Below are positions 51,945-56,108 of a DNA stretch of 56,108 nt, piece after piece. Origin of the DNA: Octopus bimaculoides (taxonomy: Eukaryota); assembly GCF_001194135.2 (NCBI RefSeq), contig NC_068990.1, positions 73,886,826 through 73,942,933 of the forward strand, given 5' to 3'. A program made the position numbers and the translations under genes. The notes below the pieces were generated by a model. It saw nothing but the letters and a program-made list of their open reading frames with translations, searched no databases and had not been told where the DNA came from. Positions within the stretch are counted from its first letter, which is position 1, and the number at the start of each line of letters is the position of its first letter.

Positions 51945-52165
51945 AAAAGCAAAGCCCTTTGTACCCAGCAAAGCATAGACCACCATGACTTTTCTTCACT
52001 GTTCTCAACTCTATGCCATCTTTTCTGCTTCTCTTCAGTTGGATCCCCACTGTTTTCTTCAGGTTTGCTTCAGAAACCTGCCTGTGTTTCCCTGAGGGAA
52101 AGCCTTCTTTTACCAGGTCTTGTTGGTTTTGAATTGTCATAGACACATCTGTAATAGACACACCT
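51945..52165 (-). mobile_element. RTE-like LINE terminal fragment
   Basis: PSGKHRQ...NLKKTVGIQLK...GGLCFAG resembles the RTE terminus P.GKR..GRP..TW...GGLC. Confidence 0.45.
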
Positions 52166-53260
52166 GTAATTGTGCATTTTCTCTAGCTAGAGATGTTGAC
52201 CCTAAACAAACTCATTTTTTACTTCTGTGAAATCGTGTTTCATTTTAGTCTGGCCTTTTTCCTTTCACATATCCATGTGGGAGATCCTATCAGGAGCTTG
52301 TACTCTGCCAATGTAGCTCTCAGACACTACAATAAGATTTGAATCGTGTAGTGGATGAAAGTTTCCTGTCATCAATTAACATATTAACCACCACATGCAC
52401 AACCGATGGTTCATTGCAAACTACACATAACGACCATATACACTACTAGTGGTACACTTTCATAATTTGAGAAAATATTTTATTCTGTATCTTTGACATG
52501 GTTTTGAGGATATCTAAATAACATGTGTACTAAATATTAAAGTTTAATTATGAAATATTGTAAAAACGCAAACAAAATTACATTTCCTTGTAATTAAACT
52601 GTACAATGTGATTGGAAATATGTGGTAAGTTCCCGTAACAGGCCGTGGCAATTAACATGTTAAAAGATAGAAAATCAAGTGTGTTAGCCATGTAACCTGA
52701 TACTAAACCTTTAGCAAATAAGATCATGTATGGAGAAATCCAGAGTATAAGATGTTATTGAAGATCACAAAAGGGTTGACTGAATAAAATCATAGTGTTG
52801 GCAGACAAAATGGTGGAGAACATTTGATTAGTTGACATAAGGTCACATATATGTGGTAAAGGAAGTAGAAAAAGATCATTTGAGACTACCCATGAACTTA
52901 GGAGACAAAAGCTCCCTCTATTCCCCTTAGAAGAGTTTAAAATCTAAAAAAAGAAAAATAGGGAAGGGAGTTAATTCTAATAAGATCAGTTGTTCGAAAT
53001 TTTTGGACAGTGTGCAACAGTTAATGCAGACTGTAGTGGATCATATCTGCTCTTTGAACCTAGTTGATGAAAGCAACTTTAAGTTGCTTGATGATCAGAA
53101 AAAAAAACGAAGCAGAGGTGTGTTGTGTTTCTTGATGCATGCACATATGGATTGTGATTACCTGATTTCGATGATGATGATGATAAGGCATTCCATTCAT
53201 AACACTATTTCTTCTCTTAAAATCCTTCATCAGCTCTTCAGATTTGGTGTTTTAGAGTGT

Positions 53261-53885
53261 GTTCAGACACTTCGTTGACAGACAATTTGCCGACAGACAA
53301 TTCGCCAACAGACAATTCGTCGACAAACAATTCGCTAATTGTACAATTGGGTGACTGAACAATAAGTCGACATGCGGAAGTATCGATCATGGAGTTGATG
53401 AAAATGGAACAAGGATGCAGAAAGCTTCTATGCAAAGGGTACACCTATATTATTGATGGAATCAGAAAAAGAGAGACTTATTGGAGAGGTGCAAATCATA
53501 AACCATGCAGTGCTAGACTGACAATGAGTGATGATCAAATTAGCACAACTCCTTCTGAACACGTACATCCACCTATGCCAATTGGAAATCATGCTGCAAA
53601 AGTTAAGGAAAATTTAAAGCAGCTATAAACTACATTAAAAAAAATTTCTATTTGTAAAACTAACAAAACTTTTTGTGCCTTTTTCATATCTTGACATATT
53701 GTATGTAATATCTATCTATAAATAAATTATTATAATTTGTAAGTCTAATAAAGCTTTTTTGCAATTTTTACTTCGTTTTAAAAAAATGTTGACATATTCT
53801 CCTTTCAGCAAATTGTCCAATCAGTCAATTGTCCTGTCTGTAAGTTTTCTGTCAGCCAACTGTCTGTTGATCAATTGTCCATCTT
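53261..53885 (+). mobile_element. Non-autonomous MULE (Mutator-like) derivative with FLYWCH remnant and 15-bp subterminal repeats
   Basis: ORF 53389-53628: KLLCKGYTY...TYWRG...CSARL...HVHPP; (gacagacaattcgcc)x4 at 53277-53336, with inverted degenerate copies at about 53805-53880. Confidence 0.75.
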
Positions 53886-53914
53886 ATTGTTTAAGAGTCT
53901 TATTGTTGTGAGGT

Positions 53915-54212
53915 GTTCAACTCACAAATGTAAGGTCAGGAGTTCGATTCCCAGTGGTGCCTTGTGTCCTTGAGCATGATACTTTATTTCATGCTGCTTC
54001 AATCTACTCAGCTGGCAAAAAATTCATAGTACCTGTAGTTCAAAGGGCCAGCCTTGCTACACTCTGCATCATGCCGATCTCCCTGAGAACTATGTTAAGG
54101 GTATGCATATTCAGGGAATGCTCAGCCGCCTGCACACTCATTTCAAGTGCAGGTTGCTACACTGATCAGAACCAACTGGAACCCTTGTGGTCACAACAGA
54201 CGGAGTGCCTGG
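53915..54212 (+). mobile_element. SINE family D, near full length
   Basis: gagttcgattccc B box, tgtgtccttgagcatgatactttatttc centre, tail shared with 14130-14460. Confidence 0.88.
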
Positions 54213-54509
54213 AGGAAAATTTTATTGTGTCTCTATGACCTTTAGCCTAAAACAATTCTTTCGGCTCTTCTAATTAAATGGATGCTCATTCAATGTTTCA
54301 GCCAGTTGGACATTTGTGTCAAAATACATATATATGCACGCGCGCGCACACACACACACACACACATACACACACATACACACACAAATGGTGCTTCAAT
54401 TACTGAAGTAAAATGTTCAATTTTCATGTCTATACAGTCATGGCAATATTCCAAACTAGACTCACACACATACACACATATATACATATACACACATGTA
54501 CACACACAG

Positions 54510-54545
<36 letters not shown>

Positions 54546-54711
54546 TCATGCACATACACACACACGCACACACATATAGCTGATAAATAAATACCAGCCG
54601 TTACAAATTCTTCCTCTTGTTACTTCAATCTATCTACATATTCCAACCAATTTTTTAGCTGCAGAGCTATCTATCAACATATGTATGTCTTTTCTCTTTT
54701 TTCTCTTTTGC

Positions 54712-54915
54712 AGCACTTGTTTTAGTCATTGGACTGCAGCCATGCTGGAGCACTGCCTTGAATGGTTTAGGTGAACAGACTGACCCCAGTATTTACAAGT
54801 TTTTAAAGTCTGATTCTTATTGTATTGGTCTCAATTGCTGAACTGCTAAATTATGGGGATATAAACAAACAAACCCAGGTTCAATAGAGAGTAGCAGTGG
54901 GGGACAAACACAGTG
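54712..54915 (-). mobile_element. SINE family A, 3' half
   Basis: cagtcatt.gactgcagccatgctggagcac homology. Confidence 0.75.
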
Positions 54916-55016
54916 CAAACACAAACACACACACATACACACATATGTGTATATGCGTATACATATGCACACACATATATATATCTGTATCTATCTATCT
55001 ATCTATACATACATAC

Positions 55017-55131
55017 ATCATCATCATCATCATCATCATCATCGTTTAACGTCCGCTTTCCATGCTAGCATGGGTTGGACGATTTGACTGAGGACTGGTG
55101 AAACCGGATGGTAACACCAGGCTCCAATCTA
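55017..55131 (-). mobile_element. Family E 3' end
   Basis: Near-identical to 21967-22070. Confidence 0.9.
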
Positions 55132-55182
<51 letters not shown>

Positions 55183-55609
55183 AATATGCACACATACACA
55201 CACATATATCTTGATTACATGCCTATTTACAAACACATCAATATACTATCCATTAGGTAAGTAGTTAAGTACTAATATTATCAGGGTGTTGAAAAATGGA
55301 ATTCCAGCCATGACTCTCCAAACATTTTTTTCCTTGTTTTGATACTCAGAATCAGACTATCTACTGAGTTCTTCCTTCTATATCAAATTTTTTCATAATG
55401 GTGGGATGTAGTTTGGAGGAGATTTGGCTGCCATGTCTAACAAAATTAATTGACCATTTAGCACCTTCTCTCTCTCACAATGTCTCTCTCGCAATCTTTC
55501 TCTCTCTCTCTCTCTGTTTGGCTCACATATATATAGCTAGGTAATACACCTTGTTAATGAGCTTGCAAAATCTGTAAGTTTCAACCTATTTACCTACATT
55601 CTAATCTAC

Positions 55610-55611
55610 CA

Positions 55612-55675
<64 letters not shown>

Positions 55676-55846
55676 GTCTGTCTATTTGTCTGTCTGTCTA
55701 TCTATCGATTTATATATCTATTGATCTATCTATCTATCTATCTATCTTTTTATATATCAAGCTATTTATTTATTCAACTAAGCACATATCTTTCAGTCTG
55801 TCTGTTTGTTTTGTTAGTGTTTGTTTCTTTTACTTCATTCATTACT

Positions 55847-55893
<47 letters not shown>

Positions 55894-55900
55894 TATTATC
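55610..55900. repeat. (TCTA)n and (CAT)n microsatellites
   Basis: Direct reading. Confidence 0.92.
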
Positions 55901-56108
55901 CTTTCCTCTTTATTTCCTAGTCACGTTCTTTCTCCAATTACTTATTTCTCCTTCATTTTACAATCTGAAACACTTTCTGCTTTTTTCCACTCAAACTGTT
56001 CTTTGTTATTCCCTCATAACACTCCTATATATACTTAGGCCACTACATACGACTGTATACCTACATATCACATACACACATGCATACATGCATGTGTTCA
56101 TGCATATA

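Noticed and set aside
53064-53093. TTGATGA-AAGCAAC-TTTAA-GTTGCTT-GATG, hammerhead-like with a perfect 7-bp stem II
   Set aside because: C3 and GAAA are both altered, and no stem I or helix III can be formed.

Overview
AT-rich, gap-ridden eukaryotic (metazoan) DNA, most likely octopus; this is inferred from the tRNA-headed SINE families and the extreme microsatellite load. I recognise no host gene, RNA gene or intact transposon ORF, and nearly all long ORF-track entries are microsatellite or N-gap artefacts. The window is mostly decayed mobile elements: about 13 fragments of R4/Dong-clade RLE non-LTR retrotransposons, RTE and CR1/L2-like LINE pieces, several SINE families, four Tc1/mariner remnants, a hAT remnant, a Helitron Rep fragment, a FLYWCH-containing MULE derivative and Penelope-like (PLE) fragments. 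The most interesting signals are RNA-structural. (1) Minimal type I hammerhead-ribozyme folds lie in short PLE-like inserts within (TA)n tracts; the one at 48443-48479 (-) has all stems formed and a variant CUGUUGA core. (2) A 6-bp stem with a 5-6-nt loop and compensatory changes recurs in the 3' UTRs of several divergent R4/Dong lineages. (3) Microsatellite targets appear partitioned and strand-polarised: R4/Dong in (TAA)n, often in SINE tails, and PLE-like pieces in (TA)n. (4) There is a 164-bp loopless palindrome. All calls are by eye, and element boundaries are approximate (tens of bp) unless stated as exact.
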